A model generated the notes under the pieces. That model saw only the letters and a list, made by a program, of their open reading frames with translations, ran no database searches and had not been told where the DNA came from. From positions 448,001-512,000 of the forward strand of contig CAVXRD010000002.1 of NCBI GenBank assembly GCA_963764165.1: a stretch of DNA of 64,000 nucleotides, given 5' to 3'. The DNA comes from an uncultured Verrucomicrobiae bacterium (GTDB lineage Bacteria; Verrucomicrobiota; Verrucomicrobiia; Limisphaerales; Palsa-1400). This document shows positions 1 through 11,400 of this stretch, one piece after another. Position 1 is the stretch's first letter; each line of letters starts with the position of its first letter. The position numbers were made by a program, and so were the translations under genes.

Positions 1-3000
1 TTCGCCGCCGCAAACACGCAATTCTGATGAAGATTCATCATTCCACCATTGGCCAGCGTCAACGTCCCTGAGCTCGCCAAATCATAATTGACCTCCACCA
101 CCGCTGGCCCGGCGGGAGAGCTCGCGCCTGGCATGTTTGTCAAATATCCGATGTAAAGCGGGTCGACGGTGATGCTGTTGGTGCCGAGCGAATTTGGCGT
201 CGCCCCTTCCAGCCAGCCCGCCTGCACAATCCATTGCCCCGAAAAAGTATTGGAAGCGCCGGAGATAATTTCCGGCGCATTCGTCGCGCAGTTGATGATG
301 ACGATGTTTCCCGCCCCGCTCAAATTCGCGGATAGCGTGAGTGGCCGTGGATTCGGAGCCAGTCCGCCGCCGCCCCCGTTCTCGCCCTGCATCGAATCGA
401 TGGATTGCGAAATCACGCGAACGCTGCCCGTGATCGTCATTGCGCCGTCCGTTCCGCCGTTCAACATGCCACCGTTGAGGATCAAGCCCGGGTTCGCGCC
501 GACGCCGGGAAAATTGACCGAGCCAGTCTCATTTTTCATGCGCAACTCTGTGTTCGCATTCATCGTGAGGGAATCGCCCGGAAACGTATAATTGCCCGCG
601 TTCCCCGGCGAGCGCAGCCGCGTGTTGTTCAAGCTGTTGCCAATCGAAATGCCGTTGGAATTCAACACGTAATTGTTCCCCGCCACCGCCGCCACCGCGG
701 TTCCGGTGCCGTTGGTTTTCCAAATCGCCGCCGTCCAATCCGTGCCGGACGCTTCAGTGGTCGTGGAAATCAGCGTGTGATCCGCAAAGGGCGTCGCGCT
801 GGCTTCGATGGAGTTGGAACTTGCGCCGCCGGTGATTTGGCCAAAGCCGGGAACGGTGATTGTGTAAAGCGGCGCGGTCGCGCTGGAATTCAAATTGCCG
901 ATCCAATTCCCGTTCGCGTAAAAGGAAACATTCGTGAGGGGATTATTCGGCGCGTCGGACATGGCGCCGATGGTGACTGTGCCGGTGGCGGTGAAATTCT
1001 GGCCGTTGGTCGGAGTCGTGATGAGAATTGTCGGCGGGGGATTTGTGTAAGAATAGAGCTGCGTCGTCGGTATGATGGACTTCGGAGTCGATGGGCTGCT
1101 CCATGCCAGCGACACCTGCGAGCCGTTGTCGTTCTGGTAATAATAATCGAGTTCAACATTGTAGAACTGCTGCGCGGTGAGCGCGATGCGGTTGCTGAGC
1201 GCCGTCGCGCTTTGGTTGACCCAATCGTTGACAAACAATTGGCCGTTTACGAAGAGCCGGACACCGTCGTCCGCCGTGGTGTAAAATGCATACGTCTCCG
1301 TGAATTGCGGCTGGATCATCCCCGTCCAGCGCACGACATAATTCGTTCCGCCAATTGCGGGCGCGGGACCCGCGGTTCCCCATGCAAAATTGATGTTCGT
1401 GTCAACCCTCACCAAGGTGGGCGCCGCGCTGAAATTTGAATTGGTGAAGGCGGCGCTGGTGGTGTTCGACCAGTATTGGCCCGTCAACCCCGTTCCCGTT
1501 CCAATCTCCGAGCTGTCAATAAAAGCGGCGCTCGCAACCGGGCTGTTGAACGCGCCCGGCACGGCGGCCATCGCATTGACCGCCGCGGAATTGGTCAATG
1601 TAATCGGGCCGGTATAGACGGCGGATTCAATCGTCGGCGTGCTCCCATCGAGTGTATAATAAATAGTGGAATTGCTGCTTGTCTCCGTGATCGTCACAAT
1701 AATTGAATTGCTGAACACTCCGCCGTTCGGCGAAATGACCGGTGGCGCAACCAGGTTTCCCACACCGTAGACATCGAGGAAATATTGGCCGCGCACAAAT
1801 ACTTTGCCGTTGGCAACGACGGGCGCCGCATAATTCACCGGGCCGCCCGCCGCGTCGCGCGCGGCGTTCTGGCTGCTGTTGTATAATTCCTGGGAAAGAT
1901 TGGTGGCGTTGAAGGCGTGCAAAATCGTCGGCGAGCTGTCTGTCTGAATGTCCCATGCGATGGCATTGCTCGTGCCGTTGGCGGAAATGGTTGGCGTCGA
2001 ATATCCGCCGCCAAAACTCACGCCGGACTTCGTCACCGGCGAGGCCGTCATCACCGCGTTGCTGATGCCGAACGCTTTCAGGACATCGCCAGCGCCCTGA
2101 AAATAAACCATGTTGTTGAAGTAAGAAGGAGAACTCCACAACCCGCCCACCGCCGACTGCAATTCCTGCACGATATGATTGCTGGCCACATTGAAGTGCC
2201 CGAGATTATTGCAGTCGACGACGAAGATGTGCCCTTCCTTCCCGGTGCCCACGACGAGGTTCGGATGCGCGGCGCTGCCAGCGGCGGCTGGCAGCATCAC
2301 GGGACCGCCTGAACCAAGATCCTCATCGTTGATCGCCAGCGACGCGGCGTTGGATGGACTGAAATAATCCACCACCGCGAAACCATTCGATGTGGAAAGT
2401 TTCACAAAGCTGTCCCCGTAATCTCCGCCGTTGGTATTGGCGCTGAAGCTGCCGTTGCCCGACATGAAATAAAGATTTCCACTGGCATCGACGCACGGCC
2501 CATCGCCCCCCATCCAAAGCGCGCCTTCGCCGGCATTCACGCCGAAGGCGTTGCTGCTGGCATTCGGCGTCGTGGCAAAAACGCTGTTCGCCAGCGGTTG
2601 AAGATTCGTTGCGTTGAAACCAAAAACCCAGCCGTGATAGGGATCGGTGTCGCCGTAACTTCCATAGCAAACGTAAAGCGAACCCCCGGACAGCGTCAGC
2701 GCCGGACGATTCATGTGGTGGCTTGGATTGAAATGCACAACCCCGTTGACCGCCTCGACGCCGACACCTGGAACCGAGCCCGCCACCACCACCGGGCTGT
2801 AAGGCTGTTCCGCGCCGTTGGTTATGTTGAGCGCGTGGAGCGTGTGAAAGCCCGCAGCCGAATTCGACTCCGGCCCGGAAAACACGTCGACATACATGGT
2901 GCCGTGAGCAAGATCAATCACCGGCGTCCCGGTGATGCCAATGAGCGGGTTCAGGACGTTGTGATGATACCGCACGCCGTAATAAGTGCTTGTCAGCGCG

Positions 3001-5057
3001 ATGCCGAGATTTGTCCGCCAAAGCAGCCCGCCGTTGGGACCCTGATTGCTGTCCGCGTCAAACGCATAAACGCTGTCATTTTCCGTTCCTATGTAGACGA
3101 CGTTGTGCGTCCCTTGCCCGGGAATTTCCACATTCGGCACAAAGAGCGGCGAGGCATAACAATATCCGTCCACCGCGTAGCTGAATAATTTGGCGAATGT
3201 ATTCGTATTGACATTCGCCAGCGTCAGAATCGTTTCGTTGGTGTTGGCCCCGCTGCGAAAATTATCATACTTGTAAGTGAGCACAGGCGGCGCGGTGAAA
3301 GCCGGATTGCTCGCAGCCGTGGTAAAAGAAAGCGAAGACGCGGCCCATCGCGCTCCATCGGCATTGACGGCGCGGGCGGTAAAATAGTAAGTCGTGCTTG
3401 GGGAAAGGCCATTGACGGTTTCAGCGAAAATTCCCGCCTGCGCCCCGATGGATACGCTCGATTGCCAATTCGCAGAGTTCGTGCCGCCATCGCTGGTTCC
3501 GTAAAAAAGTGTGATGACGGTCGGACTGTCTCCCGTGAACAGCACCTGCCCATTGAGTGTGGCCACGGTGCCCTCAACCGAATTTGCCGGAGCAATGGCC
3601 ACTTGCGGCAGCGAACTCGGTTCGGTCAGAAACTTTGCAGAAGGCGCCGCCCAGAAAATGCCAACATCGTTGCTGCACATCGCGGTGTAGTAATACGTCG
3701 TATTGGAGCCAAGCCCCACTGCGCCCGCGGAAAACGCATTGCTCACATATCCGGCGGAAACGCTGCTCGCCCAATTGGCGGGATTGGTGCCGCCGTCATT
3801 CGGCCCGTAATAAAAGGTCCCCACGGGAGTCGTTCCCGTCGAAGAGACCACCTTGCTGTTCAAGGTGGCCGAGACTGCCGTGATGTTGTTCGCCAATAAA
3901 TTTGTCAGGACAACGCCCGGGTTTGTTTGCGTGCTCGGCAAAGGCAGAGACAGCGCGCCAGTCGTAAAATCGCCACCGCCATCGACCGCCGCGATTTTGT
4001 AGTAAGCCATTCCGGAAGGCGCGGGGGTATCCGCGTAAAAGAGATTGGTTCCCGTGCCCGATGTGATCGGCGAGTAAGGCCCGGCGAGATTCGTTGACCG
4101 GTAGACAAGATAATTTGAAGCTCCGAGCACGCCAACCCACGACAGAACATTCGTGTTGCCTTCAACCGTTAGCGCCACCTGTGTCGGCGCGAGCGCGGAC
4201 CAGCGAATGTCTTCAATTTGCGCGGGCGACATGGCCGTCGTCGCGGTTGTCGAACTGTAGAATCGAAAATCATTAAACCAGCCGTCGAAAGAATATTCCT
4301 GGTCGGAGGCGCGATTGCCAATTTGCAAGGTGCTGCCCGCCCCGCTTGGCGTTCCCAGGTTAAGAGTTTGATTCGGCAAATGCGCGGTGATTTGCTCCTG
4401 GATGCCAACGGTTCCGTCCGTTCCATCCGTGCCCTGATAACCCAAGAGCGACGTGCCGTCATAGGTGACCGCGTAGAAATACCATTGATCCAGGATGTAG
4501 TTAGGGCCGCCTTCCTCCGAAAGCGGATCCAATTCCGTGCCGTTGAAGTTGAACGAGATCTCGTTGGCTTGCTCAAAGTAAAGGCCAATGCTGTTGGCCG
4601 CACCAATGTCTTTGACACCGTTAGTCCCCAGCGCGAAAAGGCGTGGACCGGTTGTGCCCTGCTGGTAAAGAACGTATCCGCTTGGCCGAAACCAAATCGT
4701 GGCGGTGAAGCTTTTGACCGCGCCAAAATTGAGCGCGGCGCTGCTCTTCGTTATCGCCATCGGCCCGAGCCCAAAATAGTCGCCGCCGGAATAGCTGAAA
4801 TCGGAGTTGGTGGAAAAATCGAGCGCCACATTCAATCCCGAAACGCCGCTGCCCGGCACGCCGTGAAAATTCATGCCCGCGCCGTTGGAAGCCAGCAACG
4901 AAAGCGAAAGAGGCCCGAGTGCGCTGACCGTTGCCGCCGCGTTCGTTCCAGCGCCAAGGTCAGTGAACGGGATTTCCAGTTGGAGAGCAGGCTGGGCAGC
5001 CAGCGAGACGGTCGAGATGAGCCACGCCATGGCAGCGGCCGCAGATAGATGTTTCAT
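1..5057 (-). CDS. Large secreted multidomain protein, partial (runs off left edge): signal peptide, LamG/ConA-like, FN3-like x2-3, PQQ-like beta-propeller, chitobiase/CHB_HEX_C-like, PA14, Ig-like, beta-rich tail
   Basis: Absent from the ORF track because it has no stop in the window. Translated by hand from ATG at 5057: MKHLSAAAAMAWLISTVSLAAQP. Recognisable segments are WYFYAVTYDG..IGNRAS..FDGWFNDFRFY (LamG), VLTYKYDNFRSGAN..GITGTPVID..DEDLGSGGP (PQQ-like propeller), IYYTLDGSTP, and VRWTGMIQPQFTETYAFYTTADDGVRLFVNG (PA14). The same frame is still open at base 3. Confidence 0.85.
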   Translation of the reverse strand, partial: MKHLSAAAAMAWLISTVSLAAQPALQLEIPFTDLGAGTNAAATVSALGPLSLSLLASNGAGMNFHGVPGSGVSGLNVALDFSTNSDFSYSGGDYFGLGPMAITKSSAALNFGAVKSFTATIWFRPSGYVLYQQGTTGPRLFALGTNGVKDIGAANSIGLYFEQANEISFNFNGTELDPLSEEGGPNYILDQWYFYAVTYDGTSLLGYQGTDGTDGTVGIQEQITAHLPNQTLNLGTPSGAGSTLQIGNRASDQEYSFDGWFNDFRFYSSTTATTAMSPAQIEDIRWSALAPTQVALTVEGNTNVLSWVGVLGASNYLVYRSTNLAGPYSPITSGTGTNLFYADTPAPSGMAYYKIAAVDGGGDFTTGALSLPLPSTQTNPGVVLTNLLANNITAVSATLNSKVVSSTGTTPVGTFYYGPNDGGTNPANWASSVSAGYVSNAFSAGAVGLGSNTTYYYTAMCSNDVGIFWAAPSAKFLTEPSSLPQVAIAPANSVEGTVATLNGQVLFTGDSPTVITLFYGTSDGGTNSANWQSSVSIGAQAGIFAETVNGLSPSTTYYFTARAVNADGARWAASSLSFTTAASNPAFTAPPVLTYKYDNFRSGANTNETILTLANVNTNTFAKLFSYAVDGYCYASPLFVPNVEIPGQGTHNVVYIGTENDSVYAFDADSNQGPNGGLLWRTNLGIALTSTYYGVRYHHNVLNPLIGITGTPVIDLAHGTMYVDVFSGPESNSAAGFHTLHALNITNGAEQPYSPVVVAGSVPGVGVEAVNGVVHFNPSHHMNRPALTLSGGSLYVCYGSYGDTDPYHGWVFGFNATNLQPLANSVFATTPNASSNAFGVNAGEGALWMGGDGPCVDASGNLYFMSGNGSFSANTNGGDYGDSFVKLSTSNGFAVVDYFSPSNAASLAINDEDLGSGGPVMLPAAAGSAAHPNLVVGTGKEGHIFVVDCNNLGHFNVASNHIVQELQSAVGGLWSSPSYFNNMVYFQGAGDVLKAFGISNAVMTASPVTKSGVSFGGGYSTPTISANGTSNAIAWDIQTDSSPTILHAFNATNLSQELYNSSQNAARDAAGGPVNYAAPVVANGKVFVRGQYFLDVYGVGNLVAPPVISPNGGVFSNSIIVTITETSSNSTIYYTLDGSTPTIESAVYTGPITLTNSAAVNAMAAVPGAFNSPVASAAFIDSSEIGTGTGLTGQYWSNTTSAAFTNSNFSAAPTLVRVDTNINFAWGTAGPAPAIGGTNYVVRWTGMIQPQFTETYAFYTTADDGVRLFVNGQLFVNDWVNQSATALSNRIALTAQQFYNVELDYYYQNDNGSQVSLAWSSPSTPKSIIPTTQLYSYTNPPPTILITTPTNGQNFTATGTVTIGAMSDAPNNPLTNVSFYANGNWIGNLNSSATAPLYTITVPGFGQITGGASSNSIEASATPFADHTLISTTTEASGTDWTAAIWKTNGTGTAVAAVAGNNYVLNSNGISIGNSLNNTRLRSPGNAGNYTFPGDSLTMNANTELRMKNETGSVNFPGVGANPGLILNGGMLNGGTDGAMTITGSVRVISQSIDSMQGENGGGGGLAPNPRPLTLSANLSGAGNIVIINCATNAPEIISGASNTFSGQWIVQAGWLEGATPNSLGTNSITVDPLYIGYLTNMPGASSPAGPAVVEVNYDLASSGTLTLANGGMMNLHQNCVFAAA

Positions 5058-5432
5058 GCAAATGACTATGCCCACCACACAGGGCTGGTTGTCACTGCGA
5101 GTTGGCTCGCCGTCATTTTCCCCACAGCGGGAAGCCAATTAAATCATTAAAAATGATGATTTTAATCAATAAGCCCGGGATGCAGACCCATAGCTGGCGC
5201 ACCTCGCAAGATTACGCTTCAGAAACCCCTGATGATACGGCATCAAGGCATGGAGCCAACTGCCGGATTTGGGCTGCCCTGCCTGATTCGGATACGAGGA
5301 TGATCGCCGATTCCCTCGTAAAGCTGAGGGAACAAGATTGAAACAGTCAGCCACGGAGTGCGGGTTAAATCCAACGGACTTTCCGCAGCGACCCGGACAC
5401 CAAGGAAGTCGCAAGTTATGCCGCCAAGCGCA

Positions 5433-8400
5433 TCAGCGCGGGGCCTGCGGCGCCACAACCCGATAATAGCGGTAGCCGCGGTTGGTTGAGGCTGGGTCGC
5501 TGAAGTAGCGCAGGCTCGCCGGCGACACGTTGGTGCTTATCGAACTCCAACTGGCCAAATTCGTGGTGGCTTGCAAAATGTATGTGCTATCGGCGATTCC
5601 AGAGAATTCCAACGTGAATACGCCATTCACGAAATGCGCTCCCGTGATTTGATTGAAATTCGGCGCCAGGGTCGTAAAGCTTACGGCATTCCCAGTGGCG
5701 ACACCGCCGGCGTTGGACGCTACGATGGCGTAGAAGTAGGGTGTCCCCACCTGCAAGCCCGCCAGCACGTTGCTGATATTGTAGCCGCCGGTTTCCGCCG
5801 GAAGCGTTGCGACCATATTGGTGTTTCCGAAGTTTGTCGTCGTGCCCCACACAAAGCTGACCGTCGTCGGGGCGTTTTGCGGATTCACGACGCCGTTGAG
5901 GGTGGCGGAGTTTGTCGTCACGCTGCTGGCGGGCAGCGTCGTCACGCTGGGCGGGAAATTATTGACAGTGACCTCGATGTTGTTGGTGGCGGCCACATAA
6001 TCGTTCGTGTCAAATGGCGTGTAGGTGACGCTTTGCAGGCTGGTGCCGAGCGGGGGCGTTGTCTCGGGCGCGGTGAAGGCAAAGTTACCCGGCGGGGTGG
6101 CGGCGCCGCCGCTCAAAGTTGCCGCCGCCAATGTTTGTCCAAGAACAATCGGGCTGGCAGTCGGCCACGTGATGACAGTCGAATTGGTTCGGTCTATCGT
6201 TATCCAACCGCTTGCGCCGGTGAGTGTGTAGTTGCTTGAGGCGCTCCCGGTCAAATCCAGCGGCGAAAAATTGACGATGGCTTCCATGCCCGCGTTTGTG
6301 CTCGCGAGGATGGCATAACCGTCCAGCGCGAGGTTAGTGGAATCGAGATCGTTGGTGATGGACAAAATGGAGGCCATGGCGGTGGCCGTTCCGTCGAATG
6401 ACCGCTCGCCTGTCAATATAACAGGCAGCGGCGTCACAATGACGTCGCCGCTAAAGCCCGCAAGCGTGTAATTGCTGACGGACGCGCCCCCGAGCGCGAT
6501 GGTGCCCAATGAGGTCATGGCATTTGTGCCCACGCTTGCGCTGGAAAGACCGTTGCTTCCGGATGCCACGATGATGTCATCGCCAGCGACGGCGTTCGAC
6601 ACGGACAAAATCCCATAGATGGCGTTGGTTGTCGCATCGTAATTGCGGGTGCCGGTCAGAACCACGGGCAGCGGATTGACCGTCAGGGCGCCGGCGTTGT
6701 AGGTGATGGCATAGTTGGCCGGGTTGAAGGTGCCACCGGTTGCGGCGCTCGGCGTGATGGCGTAAGGCGAACCAGAAACCGGCGCGTTGGCCGCTCCACC
6801 GTTGCCACCGATGGCGAGGGTGACGGACCCAATCGTTTCGCCATATTGCAATCCGACGCTGGTGAATTGCGCTCCTCCGCCGCCGAGGGTTTGCCCATAG
6901 GTTTTGCTTAGCGAATTGGCGGTGATGGAAAGAGGCGCCGGCGTAACCTGAATGTCAACGAAGTTCGTTGCTCCCGTGTAATCGTTTGTGTCCAGCGGTG
7001 TGAAGACGGTGGTCAGCGAATAAGTGCCCACGTTCAACATGGCGCCATTGGTCGGCAAATAAACGAAGCTGCCTTGAATATTGGCGGTGGCTATCAACTG
7101 GGTGGACAGGCTCAACGGTGTGCCATAGATGATTGGTGCCGGGTTGGACCAGGTCACGACCGACGGGGCGGTTTGGACTACGATGGTCACGCTGGCGCTC
7201 AGACTGGAATAGGCGGCGGGGTAGAAAGGCGTGAAGGTCACCAATAGCGTATTTGTCCCGACCGGCAGCACTGTCCCGAGCGAGGGTGTATACATAAACG
7301 CGCCCGGCCCGGACGCGGTTGCGTTTAATTGGGCCTCCGTCAATGCCGTGCCGTAGACAATGGCGGCTGGATTGGTCCATGTGATCGCATTGGCCGACAG
7401 CAGGGCCTGGCGACTGTCAATCATACATCCGTCCGCGGAAGTGACCTGGCAGCGCACCACCGCGCCATTATAAGCCAGCGCCGCGGACCCGACCGTGACG
7501 GTCGCCGAATTGGCCCCGGTAAATCCAGGCACGCCCGCCAGCGATGTAAACGCATTCGTATTGCCGGCCGGGGCGATCTGCCAGGCGTAGGTCAAGCCGT
7601 CGCCGGCCGCGGAAATGGAGAACGCGTTGGATCCCGGGGTGGGATAATACAAGTCCTGCGGCTGAGCTGCGATGAGAAGTGAAGCTGATTTTGTTCCCGT
7701 AAATTCATATGGCCCCAAATCAATCTGGCCGCCGACTTCGCGCGCATTTCCGGCGAGATCAGAATTTAAGCCGGCATCGAAATTGGTGCTGCCGAGACCA
7801 ATCAACGGCGAGCATGGCGACAATTGGAAATCACCGCTGACCGACGGCGCTTGCGCCGGGTCAATCGGAGTGACGAAGGCCGGAGCCAGATTGGTCACCT
7901 CAGTGCCGCTGTAGGTGGCAAGGCTCTCGATCGAAGCATACGCCAGAGTCACGCTGCCCTGCTGCACCGTCAGTTGCTGCAACTCCACCGAGGCGCCGTT
8001 CGGATTGGCGGATCGGTTGTTCCAAAGAATGCTGTTTTCAATCGCGAGTGTTGATCCCAGCGCGTTGATGCCACCGAAGAATACGCTGCCAGCCGTGACA
8101 TCTTCGTTGGCGGTCACAGTCGAGTTGACCAACGTGCCGGTGCTGTTGATGATGGCCAATCCGCCGGCGTTGCCCGCCACGAGGGCGTCGGCCAGAATGA
8201 TTTCGCTGTTGGTGGCATACAACGCGCCTTCAAGATTTCCTTGGAATGCGCAATTGGTGAACGCCCCGCCGCCGTCCATCAATTCAGCGCCGATGCCCTC
8301 GTTGGCGATGAATTGGCAATTGCGAATCACGGGGCTGGCGTTGGAAATCATCAAACCCGTTGACGAACCGGTTACGACAAAGCCATCGAGGACAGTGTCC

Positions 8401-11400
8401 GAACCCGCTGTCGATTGAACCGTTACCGCCGCCGCACCGCCGCTGTTCGTGAGCATCGTCGGATTGGCGATCCAATTGCGGGAGGCCAAAGTGCCGCCGG
8501 AAACGAACCCACCGTAAACCGCGACATGAGCCGGAATGGAATAACCGGCACTCGCTGTATAAGTCCCCTGCGCCACCCAGATGCTCACGTTGTCGCATGC
8601 GTTTTGCGCGGCAGTCGCAAGGGCCGGCGCCAGGTCATTATAGGCGGTAGCCCATGTGAGGCCGTTGCCGCCAGTCGCCGCCGAGGCGTCCACATACAAA
8701 ACCGACGGTGGGAACGTAATGGTCGCGACGGCAGTGGTGTAGGAAATCCCGGAGTAAACGGCGTGGACCTGGAGAGCGGTGAGATTTGTGCTCAGATTGG
8801 ACAAAGTGAGCGTGGAAATCCCGTTGTTGGAAGCCAGGCCCGCGGAAGAGCCATAAAGCCACGAGCCAGAGGCGAAATTCGTCCAACCGCCGCCAAAACT
8901 GTATTGCCATCCAATCGCGTACGACGGCAAGCCGCTGGCTTGGAATGCGGTGCTCCCACCCGCGCACGCGATCACTGACAACGGCGCCGGCCCGACGGAA
9001 ATCGCGCCCGCCCCGGTGCTTGCGGATTCATAGGCGCCGAGGTCCACCACGGAATGTTGAACGCGCGCGTTGCCAGCCAAATCCGTTTCGCCGCTAAAGA
9101 CGAATCCGTTGCTGCCAGCGTTGATGGCAGGTGAAATTGAGGACAGCGCAAAGCCGCTGCTGAAAAGCGGATCGAAATTCAAAACGTTCGCGCCGCCCAG
9201 AGCTGTGTCGAACTCCACAATATCGTTGGTCGCGCTCACGCTTCCTTGCGCGACGTAAATGTTGCCGCTCTGCGTGTTTGAGGCTGACAGACTGGCGGCG
9301 TTGTTGCCCCAGAGAATGGAATTCAAGATCGTCGCCGAGCCGCCCGACTGCCCGATGCCGCCGCCATAAACCCCGGCAAGGTTGGAAGCCACGGTGCAAT
9401 TGACAAGAGCCACGGTTGCTCCCGCGTTCTGAATTGCGCCGCCTTCAATGCTCGCGTTATTCAAGGCGAACAAAGAATTGTAAACCGTGAGAGCACCGCC
9501 GCCCAAATACAACGCCCCTCCGTTGGCGCCCGAATTATTGGAGAAAGTGCAAGACTGCACGGCGAGTGTCGAATTCGTGGCGTTGATTGCGGCTCCATTG
9601 CCGGCGGAAAGATTGTTGGTGAAGACGCAATTGCTAATCACCAAGCCCGACGAATTATGAACGCTGATGGCGGACAAGCCGGCGCCTGTCAGCGCCAGGT
9701 TCTGCAAGGCAGGAGTCGCGTTGGAAACAAGAATGCCGCTGCCATATTTCCCCTGGACCACGAGCCCGTCGAGAACGGTATCGTTGGTCGCTCCCGAGCC
9801 GAAGACCACAATGTTGGAGACTGCTCCATTCAAGATCACAGGATTGGCCTGCCAATTTCGCGTGCCGCCGCCGGAAGGATACCCTCCGTAAACCGTGACG
9901 TGGGGGGAGACGAGAAAGTTTGACGTCGTGGTGTAAGTGCCTTTCGCCACGAAAATGTCACCACCGCCGCATCCGTTGAGTTCAACTGCAACCAGCGCGG
10001 AACCGAGGTCGCGATAAGCAGTGGCCCAAGAACTTCCATTGCCGCCAGCCGCCGCGTTTTGATCCACATAAATGTTGAGTGGCAGCAACACCGTCAAAAC
10101 CGCCGCCGGTGTCGTGTAAGATTGGTCGACATACACCGCCTGCACTTCCATGCCATTGAGATTGGTGGGTATGCCGCCCAAGCCGAGGGTGGAAGTGCCA
10201 TTGATGCTGGTGACCGTGACATTGGCTCCGTCAAGGAACGTGCCGTTCGTCAAATTGATCCAGCCCTGGCCAAGGTTGTATTGCCACTGGAACTCATAGA
10301 GAGCCAATCCGGTGGCTTGGAACGAGGCAGTGCCCCCCGGGCAGGCGGTGTAGGAAGAAGGCGCCGATCCATGCACTGGGGTGCCCGAACCATTATAGGC
10401 GGATTCGTAAGCGCCGATATCGACGATTCCTTGTTGAACGCGCGGGTTTCCAGCGATGTCCGTCTCGCCTGCCAAACTGTAGGCATTGTTGCCGTCATTG
10501 ATGGCGGGGGAATTTGAAGACAGCGTGAAATTGGTGTTCAACAGCGGATTGACATTCACGTAAGCGCCGCCCGATCCGTTTTGAACGATGTTATTGGCGG
10601 CGGTGGGTGTTCCACCAGAGGCGATTATTTCCCCGGAAGGCGCATAATTGCCCCATAAAATGGAGTTCTCGATGGTCAATTGGGCCGCGTTGGTGTGCCC
10701 GATGGCACCGCCGCCGGGGCCTCCATAGACTGTCGTGTTGCTGGCTATGGTGCAATTAACGATCGTCAGCGGCGAACCAGCCTGGATCGTGGCTGACCCG
10801 TAGTCCACCATGTTGCTGACAAACAGGCAGTCGCGGAATGTGGCGGGGTAGTTGACAAGGGCCGCCGATCCGCCGTCGTAGGCAACGTTGGCGGAAAAGG
10901 AGCAGCCTTCAAAACTCCAGGAGCCGGTGGCGTTGGCGCCGGTCTGGGATACGCTAAGGCCGGCTCCAAATGCCGTTTCCGAGTACTCGCCATTGCCCCT
11001 GAACTGGCAGTTCAGCACGGTCACAGTGCCATCGTGGCCGGCCATGCCGGTATCACAACCTATCAAGGCGCAATTGCTAAGCACAATTCCACTGGCAGGG
11101 AATTCGGCTTCGATTCCAACGGTCGAGCCTACGACCGTGAGATTTTGCAGCGCAGGAGTTGCGTTGGAAGTATAGATTCCATATTGGCCGCCGTAAATGG
11201 AGAAGCCATCCACCACGGTGTTTGTTCCAGTCGTTCCAACGATACTCATCACGTAGTAGGGGCTGCCAGCGCCTATTTCCAATATGGTTTGATTCGTGGT
11301 CCAGTTGCGCTTTGCCATGGTGCTTCCGCCGGGTGGAAAGCCGCCGAAGAGAACTGTGCCGTCAGTAACGTAATACGGGCCACTCTCGGATGTGTAGGTT

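Noticed and set aside
5137..5166. AT-rich imperfect inverted repeat upstream of the first CDS
   Set aside because: Could be an operator, but the symmetry is weak and there is no second copy or nearby regulator.
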